A stretch of DNA of 64,000 nt from assembly GCA_964016885.1 (NCBI GenBank), contig OZ024742.1, forward strand, positions 139,314,001 through 139,378,000, in the 5' to 3' direction. Source of the stretch: Eledone cirrhosa (taxonomy: Eukaryota). Of the stretch, positions 12,530 through 26,586 are shown piece by piece. Positions within the stretch are counted from its first letter, which is position 1; every line of letters starts with the position of its first letter. The position numbers and the translations under genes are program-made. The notes below the pieces were generated by a model that had not been told where the DNA came from, did no database searches, and saw only the letters and a list, made by a program, of their open reading frames with translations.

Positions 12530-14312
12530 GTAAGTAATCATTATATAACAATACACATATTTTGTCCATATCAATTATTTTACAAGGATAGCAAGCAAAT
12601 TTATATTTATTGGTCGATTACAATCTTTGAAAAATCAAATAAGGATTGCTTTATAAAATGTATAATGAAGCTAATGATAACAGAAGCTGAAATACTCGAA
12701 GCCCTCAGCGGCTATACGATGAACATATCACTCGGCTACGGTGGTCTCCTCTATGCGGTTTACATAGACATGATAGATATGTTCTGCAATGATTATGATA
12801 GTCTTCTCTATGAGTTTAACGTAGACATACTAGACTTATTTTTGACACTCCTTCAACCTTCCTGCAGCACAAAGCATTAATACCGGGAAATTATCTGTTC
12901 TGTAATTCGGGGCGTAGTAAAGGTGATATATATTAATAAATGATCTAAAAGATATTATTTAATTTTTCATTATCACCGTAATGATATATATATTTATCTG
13001 TATTTACAGCGACTACTTCTACTAAACATAAGTACTCATGATATAATAATATTTATTTTTGTCCATAAAGATAAATTATGTTTGTTACAAGCATAGCAGG
13101 TAAATTTACAGTCATTGATTTGTTACTATCTTTGATAAATCAGAAAAGAATTGTTTTATGAAATGTTTAATGAAACTTGCTATAACAGAAGCTGAAATAT
13201 TTGCACACCTGGCCAGTTGATCAAGTGGCAAATCACCCGGTTACGATGGCCTTCTTTCTGAGGTTTACATAGACAAGCTAAACTTATTCTCCGATGGTTA
13301 TGATGGTCTCCTCTATGAGGTTTAAACAGACATGCTTGATTTGTTCTGGGCATAATCCAGAGAAGTCAGTATGTCTCCAGCTCACTGCTTGAGTGTCAAA
13401 TCCATGCAGTTCAACTGCTTTGACAAACACTGGACGGACGGGACAATGACATTTGTTTGGGTCGTCTGGTTTTGTCTACACCTCCAGGTGGTTAAGGACT
13501 GGGATGAGGTAGCATGGATATACACATACATACACACAAAGGCATTGTTTTGATATGCACTCTTTTTTCCTGCTATTAATTTTGTCTCTCACTCTTTTAA
13601 GTTGTGAAATAGACTGGTTAGCTACGCACGCAGCTGACACATTTCAGCTCGCTACTGTATTGCTATATAATGGTTGATCGCATTTAAAGTCCGTTAAAGG
13701 TTCTTGGCACTACCATTGTTACCATCGCTTTCCTCTAGCCTTGGAGACATGAACCGAATGCTACCATTCTATTTTATATCAATGTGAACTGCTATTTCTA
13801 ATGGCCATCTTCTGATCCTTTGATAATTTATGTGTGCGACACGTTGGCTGAGTGCTTCTGACAGGAAAGAAAAGATTGATTCTGTTTAGCTTCCTGTCCC
13901 CACGTAAAATTTGTAAATCAGTGGCTAGTTGAGAGATAGAGTCCTATCGGTTGCCAGTTGCTAATAGCTTTACCGTGTCAGACGTCACAAACAGTCATGG
14001 CCGGCATAGACTGGTCTTAGGATTCTGTCGATCGATTGGTTATTGATTAGGCGATACCCGCTGATCAAGCTGCATAAGCCGATTGTGCATTGTTGCATAA
14101 TATATGCAGACAGATGGTGCAGTGCACCTTATTGGTGCCTTAGTGCGGTAGAAACTCGAGTCCGGGAACCTTATAGGCACCCGTTTTAAGTGCGTTGTGT
14201 TGAAGCAAATAATTTGTGTATACTCTGGGAATGTATCTTACATTGCCCATGGAGTGCGCTGAGATACAACCGGTACTGGCATTGATAAATATGCTGGGTC
14301 CGTCAACCCTTG

Positions 14313-14385
<73 letters not shown>

Positions 14386-14606
14386 TAAATAACAGATTAA
14401 AGTTTAAGCAAAGAATCGCTGCTTTCACCCTTAACGGGATCTTCTGAAACTTAAGGGTGAAAGCAGCGATTCTTTGCTTAAACTTTAATCTGTTATTTTA
14501 ATAAATATTTGCTCTACGGTTCTTATATATTTGATATATATTTATCCTTATCGAGCCCTCTTTGGATTTTAGTCTTCAAGTTTATTATTATTACTATATA
14601 TATATA

Positions 14607-14668
<62 letters not shown>

Positions 14669-14807
14669 AATACTTTGGGAGGGTTATGTTGCCAATAAGA
14701 AACACACGCACGTGCGTGTGTTTCTTATTGGCAACATGACCCTCTCAAAATATTACAATATCGGTTTCAACACACGTTTTCAGAATCTTGCTAAACAAAC
14801 TCAGAAA

Positions 14808-14932
<125 letters not shown>

Positions 14933-15153
14933 TATATAGATATATATATACATACATATATATAGATAATTTAATATATCAACTAACATAAGCGCACAGA
15001 TGCACGTCCATGCCAGTAAATACACAGGTTATGTCATAGTACCTAGGTGGTTCAATGCAGGAGGATGCAGAACAATAATATAAAAGACGTAAAATAAGAA
15101 AATATTTTTTAAAAAATTTTTTTTTAATTTTTTACTTACTTACTTAAATTTTC

Positions 15154-15235
15154 ACTCCAACTAATTAGTTTCTGCAATGGGATAAAGACAGTTACGTAAT
15201 CCAACTGTCGAGAATTCATTGCGTCATCAGGGAGT
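15154..15235 (-). ncRNA. Type I hammerhead ribozyme (copy 3)
   Basis: Same sequence and structure as 5357-5438. Confidence 0.8.
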
Positions 15236-17619
15236 CTATTCTCAGCTGAGTCTCCAGGCAATGCGCGGACACTGGCGGCTCATATAAAAATAATAATAAT
15301 TCGGTAGATAGAACAGCTGGCGAGGACTGGATTCTATGTACTGAAATTCTCACTGCTTCTAGTCAAATGGCCGATTCTAAAGAATCAATCACGTGACACA
15401 GAGGCTAGTTAGAAGGAATGGGATGGTAAGATGACTGACGCCTACTAACACCCCAAAAAATTTAGAAGTGGTTTTGGCAGGTTTGCTCGACAAATCAGTG
15501 ATTTGGAGATAAATATAGATAATTTAATATATCAACTAACATAAGCGCACAGATGCACGTCCATGCCAGTAAATACACAGGTTATGTCATAGTACCTAGG
15601 TGGTTCAATGCAGGAGGATGCAGAACAATAATATAAAAGACGTAAAATAAGAAAATATTTTTTAAAAAATTTTTTTAAAATTTTTTACTTTCTTAAATTT
15701 TCACTCCAACTAATTAGTTTCTGCAATGGGATAAAGACAGTTACGTAATCCAACTGTCGAGAAAAATATTTTATTATTTTACGTCTTTTATACATACATA
15801 TATATATATATATATATGTGTGTGTATGTATGTATGTAATTCGTCGACGACTAAAGTGATGAGGGTGATTTTGGATACCCTGCAGGACAAAAAACAAAAC
15901 CTAGCAAAGGGCGGAAGAACCCTTAAGAGTCAACAGCCATCCAAAAATCTGTAAATATGTCTATACATATATATGTATATGTAAATCTGTATATGCATGT
16001 GTGCATGTATATGTATATGTGTGGGGACATAGAAATTGTCGGGCTGGATACGATATCGCGCGGTTAAACCCCTGGGAGTGAAGGACCACTAGTCTTTGTC
16101 ATGACATTCTTCTACGAAAAGGCAACTCAGGAAACTGGGATAACTCCGACATAAAACCTGCGGCTCAGTAGTTGCCGATGATGTTGATCTTTTCTTCTTT
16201 TCGGGTTATAGCTACTGTCGCTCAGAGAATGGGATTGGCTCAGTGCACAGTATTTCCTCACTTTAAAAAACATCTTCACGCACACGCATTACACAATGGT
16301 ATTAATTAATAATTATTAATAATGTTATATCGTGCAATGGCCATACTTGATAACAAGGGGGCAGCCATCATGTATGTATATGATATTAAATAACAGTAAG
16401 TATAAGTAGAATTTTAAAACGTATACTTTACACACTATATATATATTTCTCAGTTTTCTAAAATGTCGCACAATAGTAAGTCTGTCGAGTGAGTAAAGTA
16501 GTCATTGTTGATTTCTAATCACGTTCTGGAGACTAAAATATATATAATGACTTATGGAGATAATTTTCTTGAGTAGGTAAGGCGTTATAACGAAATATAA
16601 GGCCATATAATGTACCTTCGAATATATTCATTCATTAATATCGTTTATAAAACAGAAAAGAATTGCATAATTAAATGTTGTATATTATATATGCTGTAAA
16701 TTGATATATCATTTAATAATAAGACTGACGATATTAGTTCTTAAACTATATACAAGGACGATGGGCATGTCAGATAATTTCCAGCCAATAAATGTGCTTA
16801 ACACACAGTTCAATATAATGAAAAGGTGGCTAGCAACGAGCTTGGCGTTAGATGTCGAGATTCTGTTACAGGAGGCGGAGACTCCACCTCATGCGATACA
16901 TCATAGAGTAAGGACTGGGACGAGGTAGCATAGACACACACATACATACACTGAGGCATATATATATTTATATATATATATATATGATATTAAATAATAG
17001 TAAGTGTAAGTAGAATTTTAAAACGTATACTTTACACACTATATATATATTTCTCTGTTTTCTTCAAAAAGAAATTGTTTGTCAATATATATGCGGTAAA
17101 TTGATATATCATTTAATAAAATCGACGTTATTAGTTCTAAAATTATATTGATTTCATCAATATGTATTAGATAGTAAATGTATAGAAGCTAGGACTTCCA
17201 TTAAACTATATATGTTTATATAATATACTATTTATAAATGAAAGGAATGATATTTCTGATACAATATCAGTCGATCTGTCTTATTTGAATTTCTTTAGTA
17301 CATAATTGTTTCTACTTTTGGCACAAGGCCAGCAATTACCCAGTGCATTACTAGTACATTATTTTATCGACCCCCTAAGGATGAAAGGCAAAGTTAACCT
17401 GGGCGGGATTTGAACTCAGAATGGCAAGGGCCGTAACTCTATTCATCAAAGTATGGCGTCCAACCCTCTACGGATACTGCCAATCCACCGCCATTTCTTT
17501 AGTACTTAATGTTAAGAATTATCGTAACTTTCAATAATATATATTGAACTGATATTATAAAAAATAAACAAATTAATGTTTAATCATTACAATAATAAGA
17601 TATATCTCTGTATTTACAG

Positions 17620-17643
17620 CTGCTACTACCTCTAAAAGTGCAG
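17620..17643 (+). CDS. Micro-exon A4 (24 nt): xATTSKSA
   Basis: tatttacag|CTGCTACTACCTCTAAAAGTGCAG|gtaagt. Confidence 0.8.
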
Positions 17644-18028
17644 GTAAGTAATCATTTTATAACAATACACATATGTTGTCCATATGAATTATTTTACAAG
17701 GATAGCAAGCAAATTTATATTCGTTGGTCGATTACAATCTTTGAAAAATCAAATAAGGATTACTTTATAAAATGTATAATGAAGCTAATGATAACAGAAG
17801 CTGAAATACTTGAAGCCCTCAGCGGTTATACGATGAACATATCACTCGGCTACGGTGGTCTCCTCTATGCGGTTTACATAGACATGTTAGATATGTTCTG
17901 CAATGATTATGATAGTCATCTCTATGAGTCTAACATAGACATGCTAGACTTGTTCTTGACACTCCTTCAACCTGCCTGCAGCACAAAGCCTTAATACAGG
18001 GAATATATATGCCGTCTTCAGAAATAAA

Positions 18029-18176
18029 TTATTTCTGAAGACGGCATATATATGAGTTGGTATGTATATTTAATTTTGATAGTTTGTATAATTTTGTATA
18101 ATTTTGTACATAGATCTGTTAAATATACATGCCAATTCTAACACATATATATCCCAGAAACGATCGTTAAATAATG
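18029..18176 (+). ncRNA. Type I hammerhead with very long stem II (Penelope pLTR remnant)
   Basis: ttattt CTGAAGA ...(~115 nt including the 20-bp stem gagttggtatgtatatttaa/ttaaatatacatgccaattc)... GAAAC gatc GTT aaataa. Homologous to 54799-54932 (-). Confidence 0.65.
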
Positions 18177-18235
18177 AACTTTTTTTGTTTAATATAAGGA
18201 ACTGTTTCATTGTTTTATTCATTATTTTTTTTAAT

Positions 18236-18322
<87 letters not shown>

Positions 18323-18529
18323 TAAAATAACAGATTAAAGTTTAAGCAAAGAATCGCTGCTTTCACCCTTAACGGGATCTTCTGAAACTTATGGGTGAAA
18401 GCAGCGATTCTTTGCTTATACATTAATCTGTTATTTTAATAAATATTTGCTCTCCAGTTCTTATATATTTGATATATATTTATCTTTATCGAGCCCTCTT
18501 TGGATTTTAGTCTTCAAATTTATTATTAT

Positions 18530-18588
<59 letters not shown>

Positions 18589-18727
18589 AATACTTTGGGA
18601 GGGTCATGTTGCCAATAAGAAACACACGCACGTGCGTGTGTTTCTTATTGGCAACATGACCCTCCCAAAGTATTACAATATCGGTTTCAACACACGTTTT
18701 CAGAATCTTGCTAAACAAATTCAGAAA

Positions 18728-19003
<276 letters not shown>

Positions 19004-20074
19004 ATGTATGTATGTAATTCGTCGACGACTAAAGCTGCAACCCCACCAAGTTTACTTGGTGAGGAGGGTGATTTTGGATACCCTGCAGGACAAAAAACAA
19101 AACCTAGCAAAGGGCGGAAGAACCCTTAAGAGTCAACAGCCATCCAAAAATGTGTAAATATGTCTATACATATATATGTATATGTAAATCTGTATATGCA
19201 TGTGTGCATGTATATGTATATGTGTGGGGACATAGAAATTGTCGGGCTGGATACGATATCGCGCGGTTAAACCCCTGGGAGTGAAGGACCACTAGTCTTT
19301 GTCACGGCATTCTTCTAGGAAAAGGCAACTCAGGAAACTGGGATAACTCCGACATAAAACCTGCGGCTCAGTAGTTGCCGATGATGTTGATCTTTTCTTC
19401 TTTTCGGGTTATAGCTACTGTCGCTCAGAGAATGGGATTGGCTCAGTGCACAGTATTTCCTCACTTTAAAAAACATCTTCACGCACACGCATTGCACAAT
19501 GGTATTAATTAATAATTATTAATAATGTTATATCGTGCAATGGCCATACTTGATAACAAGGGAGCAGCCATCATGTATGTATATGATATTAAATAACAGT
19601 AAGTATAAGTAGAATTTTTAGACGTATACTTTACACACTATATATATATTTCTCAGTTTTCTAAAATGTCGCACAATAGTAAGTCTGTCGAGTGAGTAAA
19701 GTAGTCATTGTTGACTTTTAATCACGTTCTGGAGACTAAAATATATATAATGACTTAGGGAGATCATTTTCTTGAATAGGTAAGGCGTTATAACGAAATA
19801 TAAGGCCATATAATGTACCTTCGAATATATTCATTCATTAATATCGTTTATAAAACAGAAAAGAATTGCCTAATTAAATGTTGTATATTATATATGCTGT
19901 AAATTGATATATCATTTAATAATAAGACTGACGATATTAGTTCTTAAACTATATACAAGGACGATGGGCATGTCAGATAATTTCCAGCCAATAAATGTGC
20001 TTAACACACAGTTCAATATTATGACATGATTACTAGCAACGAGCTTGGCGTTAGATGTCTCTCTGTATTTACAG

Positions 20075-20098
20075 CTGCTGCTACCGCTGAAAGTACAA
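20075..20098 (+). CDS. Micro-exon A5 (24 nt): xAATAEST
   Basis: ctctctgtatttacag|CTGCTGCTACCGCTGAAAGTACAA|gtaagt. Confidence 0.78.
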
Positions 20099-20125
20099 GT
20101 AAGTAATCATTATATAACAATACAA

Positions 20126-20313
20126 TGGTTGGGTGGATTGGCAGTATCGGTAGAGGGTCGGACGCCATGCTTTCCAGCATAGTTACGTCCCTTTACGATC
20201 TGAGTTCAAATCCCGCCGAGGTTGACTTTGCCTTTCATCCTTACGGGCTCGATAAAATAAAGTACCAGTAATGCACTGGGTAATTGCTGGCCTTGTGCCT
20301 AAAGTAGAAACAA
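20126..20313 (+). mobile_element. tRNA-derived SINE inserted just after the A5 donor
   Basis: Same SINE family, with a TSD attatataacaataca. Confidence 0.85.
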
Positions 20314-20696
20314 TTATATAACAATACACATATTTTGTCCATATGAATTATTTTACAAGGATAGCAAGCAAATTTATATTTATTGGTCGATTACAATCTT
20401 TGAAAAATCAAATAAGGATTGCTTTATAAAATGTATAATGAAGCTAATGATAACAGAAGCTGAAATACTTGAAGCCCTCAGCGGCTATACGATGAACATG
20501 TCACTCGGCTACGGTGGTCTCCTCTATGCGGTTTACATAGACATGTTAGATATGTTCTGCAATGATTATGATAGTCTTCTCTATGAGTCTAACATAGACA
20601 TGCTAGACTTGTTCTTGACACTCCTTCAACCTGCCTGCAGCACAAAGCATTAATACCGGGAATTTCTCTGTTCTGTAATTCGGGGTGTAGTAAAGT

Positions 20697-21031
20697 TGTG
20701 ATATGAGGGAGAGTTAGCTGTTGTTTCTAGCAGGTTTAGTGACCTCATAGAGGATATGTGTTTTCTAAATTTAAGACAGTAGGGAGTGGTGTGATATGAG
20801 GGAGAGTTAGCTGCTGTTTCTAGCAGGTTTAGTGACCTCATAGAAGATATGTTTTCTAAATTTAAGACAGTAGAGAGGGGTGTGATATGGGGGAGAGTTA
20901 GCTGCTGTTTCTAGCAGGTTTAGTGACCTCATAGAGGATATGTTTTCTAAATTTAAGACAGTAGGGAGGGGTGTGATATGAGGGAGAGTTAGCTGCTGTT
21001 TCTAGCAGGTTTAGTGACCTCATAGAGGATA
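20697..21031. repeat. ~89-bp tandem repeat, ~3.7 copies
   Basis: Unit gtgatatgagggagagttagctgctgtttctagcaggtttagtgacctcatagaggatatgttttctaaatttaagacagtaggg... Confidence 0.9.
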
Positions 21032-21043
21032 TTATTGTTTATC

Positions 21044-21493
21044 ATCTATATATATAAAACTGACTTCACGCCTAACGAAATTTACAGATACATATATTTT
21101 AAATAAACTTATATAATTTTTGCTTTTTTTTACGAAATATTTGCTTGTTTTACGTAGTCTTTAAATAGACTTGTTTTCAAGTAAAAATTATTGTGTTAAT
21201 GTCATTTTAAACGCTGAGAAAGCCAGCGTAATTTTTTTAATTTTTGCACGCAGACGCTCAATGTAAACAGAACAAAGGGAAATAACTGATCACTTACGCT
21301 CAAAAATCGATACATTATATTCGATTTCGTCAGATAGGGCGGGTCAATTTGAAATATTTTTTTTCCGATGTCTTCGCTAGGGCTCAATGTACAAGTATAG
21401 CAATTTCGGTGCAATTCCGTGAGAGATTCTAAGAGGAGATGTGTGCCAAAAATCGATAGACAGACAGACAACCACAGTTTTATATATATAGAT
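21044..21493. mobile_element. Insertion bounded by inverted atctatatatataaaactg termini (Helitron 5'-end-like or MITE)
   Basis: The termini are 19-bp inverted repeats. The minus-strand end TCTATATATATAAAACTGTGGTTGTCTGTCTGTC resembles the Helitron start at 60302. Confidence 0.45.
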
Positions 21494-21545
21494 TGTAATT
21501 ATATATTATTATAACCTTAATAATATATATCTCTTTGCATTAGAG

Positions 21546-21569
21546 CGACTGTTTCCACTGGAAGTACAT
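21546..21569 (+). CDS. Micro-exon C1 (24 nt): xTVSTGST; acceptor weakened (ttagag)
   Basis: ctctttgcattagag|CGACTGTTTCCACTGGAAGTACAT|gtaagt. Paralog C2 has ttacag. Confidence 0.55.
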
Positions 21570-21754
21570 GTAAGTAATCATGACATAATAATATACATTT
21601 TTTTGTCCATTTTACAAGGATATCATGTGTATTTATACTCATGGTTAACTTTATGACAACAATATTTTGTGTTTTTCATATTATTCAATTCATAAAATTA
21701 ACGAAAGTAGCAATATTTATTACCGTAATAATATATCTCTTTCTGTATTTACAG

Positions 21755-21778
21755 CGAAAGATCCAGCTCAAAACAATT
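21755..21778 (+). CDS. Micro-exon D1 (24 nt): xKDPAQNN
   Basis: ctctttctgtatttacag|CGAAAGATCCAGCTCAAAACAATT|gtaagt. Confidence 0.78.
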
Positions 21779-21915
21779 GTAAGTAATTCTCATATATCAA
21801 TACACATTTTACTTGATAGAAATATATTATTTTTCATTCATAAAATCTACCTTTGAATTCATTGATCTATTAATATCTTTGATAAAACAGTAGAGAATTG
21901 CTTAATAAAATTGTG

Positions 21916-22001
<86 letters not shown>

Positions 22002-23249
22002 GCAATGTGATATATTTATTTTAATAATAAGAGTAACGATATTAGTTCCATCTTAAATTATATTAAGTACATCGTCTGTATTAGCTAGCAGCTGTATATC
22101 AGCTAGGTCTCCCTTTAAAGTATACATGTTTATTCAATGTTGGATCTGTTTCTTGACTCGCAACCTCCTTTGCTGTTCAACATTTGACCATTTTGTCTTG
22201 TGGAATGTGTCTTGCAGTAGACAAAGAAAGGCAACGATACCATGGGTATATCTTCTGTAACCGGATTATTTGATGCAGGTGTGGATGTAAATGGATTTGC
22301 TATATTTCTTGAATGACTTGCTTAAATTTAAGGTTAGACAACTATCATTGTCTAACGTTAAAATTAAGCCACTCCTAAAAATAAATATGAACTTTTCAGT
22401 TATAACAAATATCTATAGTTTAGTGGATTGTAATATTCATTCATTGACAGCAAGCCACAGATTGTATAGCTAAGCATCGGACTTCTAAACCTGTGAGGTC
22501 TCCGAGCCAATACCTCGTGTGTCTATGTTGTAATTCAACCCTATACGGGATTCCATAAAAAGAATTCGTTAGATGTGTTTGAATTTATGCGTGTTGTTTC
22601 CACCTTCGGTTCTACCACTATGTCCGCTTCCTTTATACTATAAGCAATTGGTTTATATGTTAAATATTCTTATGTTCAGCCATACGGATGATGACAACAA
22701 TGGCGCTTATGGATATACCCTAAAGTTGCTGATAACTACATTTTCGCGTGATAGCTTTAGTATTTCACAGATCGTATTGCAACTTTACTTATGAGCCTGC
22801 GCCAAGTAAGATTCTTTTAAGGAGGCTGTATACACTATATATTATTCTCTCTACGAAAGAGTAACGGTAAGTCAACTGCCATGTTTGTGAGATATAGAAT
22901 GGACTCTCCTATCGAGAACGACGCATGTTCTTCCAGTTGTTTGAGGAACTGAGCGATCTACTCGGCAATATTTCGATTTAAATATAACGGAATTGAAAGA
23001 ATAAATTTAACAACATCCGTACATAATCAAGTAGCTTTGGTATCAAGGTGCAATGGGCCGAAACTCATACTCAGTTACTCCACCGCCTGTTACTCAAAGC
23101 TTTTTCTGTTTGTAATGTGGATTAGACGGCATTGATACAATAGCAATACGAAATTAAGCGAATTGTTTTCGTGTTCGTTCCGCAGAGAGAGGTTGTACGT
23201 ATATCAAACGCAGACACCTGATTTTATCCACAATCTATCTATCTATGTA

Positions 23250-23283
<34 letters not shown>

Positions 23284-23485
23284 ACTCTCTGAATTTAGTA
23301 GTTCTAAACTTGTGACACGTGAGCTCTTTCTATCTATCTATCTTTCTATCTATCTATCAATCTCTGCATGAAGTGGTCCTAAACTTGTGACACATGAGCT
23401 CTGCTCAGACAGGAAGGAAGTCAAAACTAACCATTGTTAAGGAACACGATGGCGGGAAATTGAAAACTTGAGTATATATATATAT

Positions 23486-23552
<67 letters not shown>

Positions 23553-23678
23553 ATTCCGTATCTCTCGAATTTTGGCTGAGTGCTCTAATTATTGACAGCT
23601 ATTTCTGGACTCCAGAAATAGCCGTCGAAACGGCTTGATTCTGCCGTCGGGTTTAAACTTTCTCATATATATATAAAT

Positions 23679-23714
<36 letters not shown>

Positions 23715-24042
23715 GCGGTAATTTGATATATTATTTAATAAAAAAAAATCGACGTTATTAGTTCCAAAATTATATTGAATTCATCAATCTGTATTAGATA
23801 GCAAATGTATATAAGCTTGGACTTCCATTACAGTATACATGTTTATGTAATATAATTTTTATAAATGAAGGGAATGCTATTTCTGATAAAATATCAGTCG
23901 ATCTGTCTTATTTGAATTTTTTTAATACATAATGTTAAGAATTATGGTAACTCTCAATAATGTATATTGAACTGGTATTATAGAAAATAAACAAAATAAT
24001 TTTTAATCATTACCATAATAAGATATATCTCTGTATTTACAG

Positions 24043-24066
24043 CTACTGTTACCGTTGAAATTACAA
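24043..24066 (+). CDS. Micro-exon A6 (24 nt): xTVTVEIT
   Basis: tatttacag|CTACTGTTACCGTTGAAATTACAA|gtaagt. Confidence 0.78.
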
Positions 24067-24201
24067 GTAAGTAATCATTATATAACAATACACATATTTT
24101 GTCCATATGAATTATTTTACAAGGATAGCAAGCACATTTATATTCGTTGGTCGATTACAATCTTTGAAAAATCAAATAAGGATTGCTTTATAAAATGTAT
24201 A

Positions 24202-24945
24202 ATGAAGCTAATGATAACAGAAGCTGAAATACTTGAAGCCCTCAGCGGTTGTACGATGAACATATCACTCGGCTACGGTGGTCTCCTCTATGCGGTTTAC
24301 ATAGACATGTTAGATATGTTCTGAAATGATTATGATAGTCTTCTCTATAAGTTTAACATAGACATGCTAGACTTGTTCTTCAAACTCCTTCAACCTGCAT
24401 GCAGCACAAAGCATTAATACCGGGAATTTCTCTGTTCTGTAATTCGGGGTGTAGTAAAGGTGGTTGAGAAAGGGGTTGTTATTGATAATATCCAACCCAT
24501 AAATGTGCTTCACATACAGTTCAATACTTTGACCAATTTGCTAACAACCTGGTTGGCATTAGACCTGGAAATTGTGTTAGAAGATTGGCAGACCAGCGAG
24601 TTTCCGGACTGGTCTATACAGTACTACCTCCACATCAGGTGATATATGGTAGAGAGTGTAGGGATTAAATCTGGCTTCGGTGGGGTTCTCGTCAAATTGG
24701 ATCAATCGAAACTTTTCGATATTGTCCAACATCGATACCTAGAGAGTGTTCTCAAGGTAGCTGGATCTGGTCACGTGTTCAGAAGCTGGATCGTTGTAAT
24801 GCGCAGCGGCATTACACAGTTCAAAGTAATTGACCACCTATCTTAAGTGTTCTATATCAATCACTTCTTACAACAAGAATGACATCTCCCCTCCTCTTGA
24901 AAGTTCTGTATCTCGAGCCAGAACTGCAGAAGCTGGAACATTTGT
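24202..24945 (+). pseudogene. Longest degenerate Tx1-type RT remnant in the micro-exon introns
   Basis: IDNIQPINVLHIQFNTL..WLAL and GFGGVLVKLDQSKLFDIVQHRYL match RT motifs of the intact ORF2. Confidence 0.8.
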
Positions 24946-25024
24946 TGGAATTTTGTAATTATATATTATATTGTAATTATATATTATTATAACCTTAATA
25001 ATATATATCTCTTTGCATTTACAG

Positions 25025-25048
25025 CGACTGTTTCCAATGGAAATACAC
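25025..25048 (+). CDS. Micro-exon C2 (24 nt): xTVSNGNT
   Basis: ctctttgcatttacag|CGACTGTTTCCAATGGAAATACAC|gtaagt. Confidence 0.78.
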
Positions 25049-25233
25049 GTAAGTAATCATGACATAATAATATACATTTTTTTGTCCATTTTACAAGAAT
25101 ATCATGTGTATTTATACTCATGGTTAACTTTATGACAACAATATTTTGTGTTTTTCATATTATTCAATTCATAAAATTAACGAAAGTAGCAACATTTATT
25201 ACCGTAATAATATATCTCTTTCTGTATTTACAG

Positions 25234-25241
25234 CGAAAGAT

Positions 25242-25242
<1 letters not shown>
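25234..25242 (+). pseudogene. Truncated micro-exon D2 (donor lost, replaced by microsatellite)
   Basis: tatttacag|CGAAAGATC followed by (CA)/(TA)n; paralogous to D1. Confidence 0.7.
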
Positions 25243-25304
<62 letters not shown>

Positions 25305-25310
25305 TATAAT

Positions 25311-25492
<182 letters not shown>

Positions 25493-26586
25493 TATATATG
25501 TGTGTGTGTGTGTGTGCGTGTGTGTTGCAATGTGATATATTTATTTTAATAATAAGAGTAACGATATTAGTTCCATCTTAAATTATATTAAGTACATCGA
25601 CTGTATTAGCTAGCAGCTGTATATCAGCTAGGTCTCCCTTTAAAGTATACATGTTTATTCAATGTTGGATCTGTTTCTTGACTCGCAACCTCCTCCTTTG
25701 CTGTTCAACATTTGACCATGTTGTCTTGTGGAATGTGTCTTGCAGTAGACAAAGAAAGGCAACTTTACCATGGGTATATCTGCTGTAACCGGATTATTTG
25801 ATGCAGGTGTGGATATAAATGGATTTGCTATATTTCTTGAATGACTTGCTTAAATTTAATTGTCTAACGTTAAAATTAAGCCACTCCTAAAAATAAATAT
25901 GAACTTTTCAGTTATAACAAATATCTATAGTTTAGTGGATTGTAATATTCATTCATTGACAGCAAGCCACAGATTGTATAGCTAAGCATCGGACTTCTAA
26001 ACCTGTGAGGTCTCCGAGCCAATACCTCGTGTGTCTATGTTGTAATTCAATCCTATACGGGATTCCATAAAAAGAATTCGTTAGATGTGCTTGCATTTAT
26101 GCGTGTTGTTTCCACCTTCGGTTCTACCACTATGTCCGCTTCCTTTATACTATAAGCAATTGGTTTATATGTTAAATATTCTTATGTTCAGCCATACGGA
26201 TGATGACAACAATGGCGCTTATGGATATACCCTAAAGTTGCTGATAACTACATTTTCGCGTGATAGCTTTAGTATTTCACAGATCGTATTGCAACTTTAC
26301 TTATGAGGCTGCGCCAAGTAAGGTTCTTTTAGTGAGGCTGTATACACTATATATTATTCTCTCTACGAAAGAGTAACGGTAAGTCAACTGCCATGTTTGT
26401 GAGATATAGAATGGACTCTCCTATCGAGAACGACGCATGTTCTTCCAGTTGTTTGAGGAACTGAGCGATCTACTCGGCAATATTTCGATTTAAATATAAC
26501 GGAAGTGAAAGAATAAATTTAACAACGTAGATCAAACGCAGACACCTGATTTTATCCACAATCTATCTATCTATCTATCTATCTAT

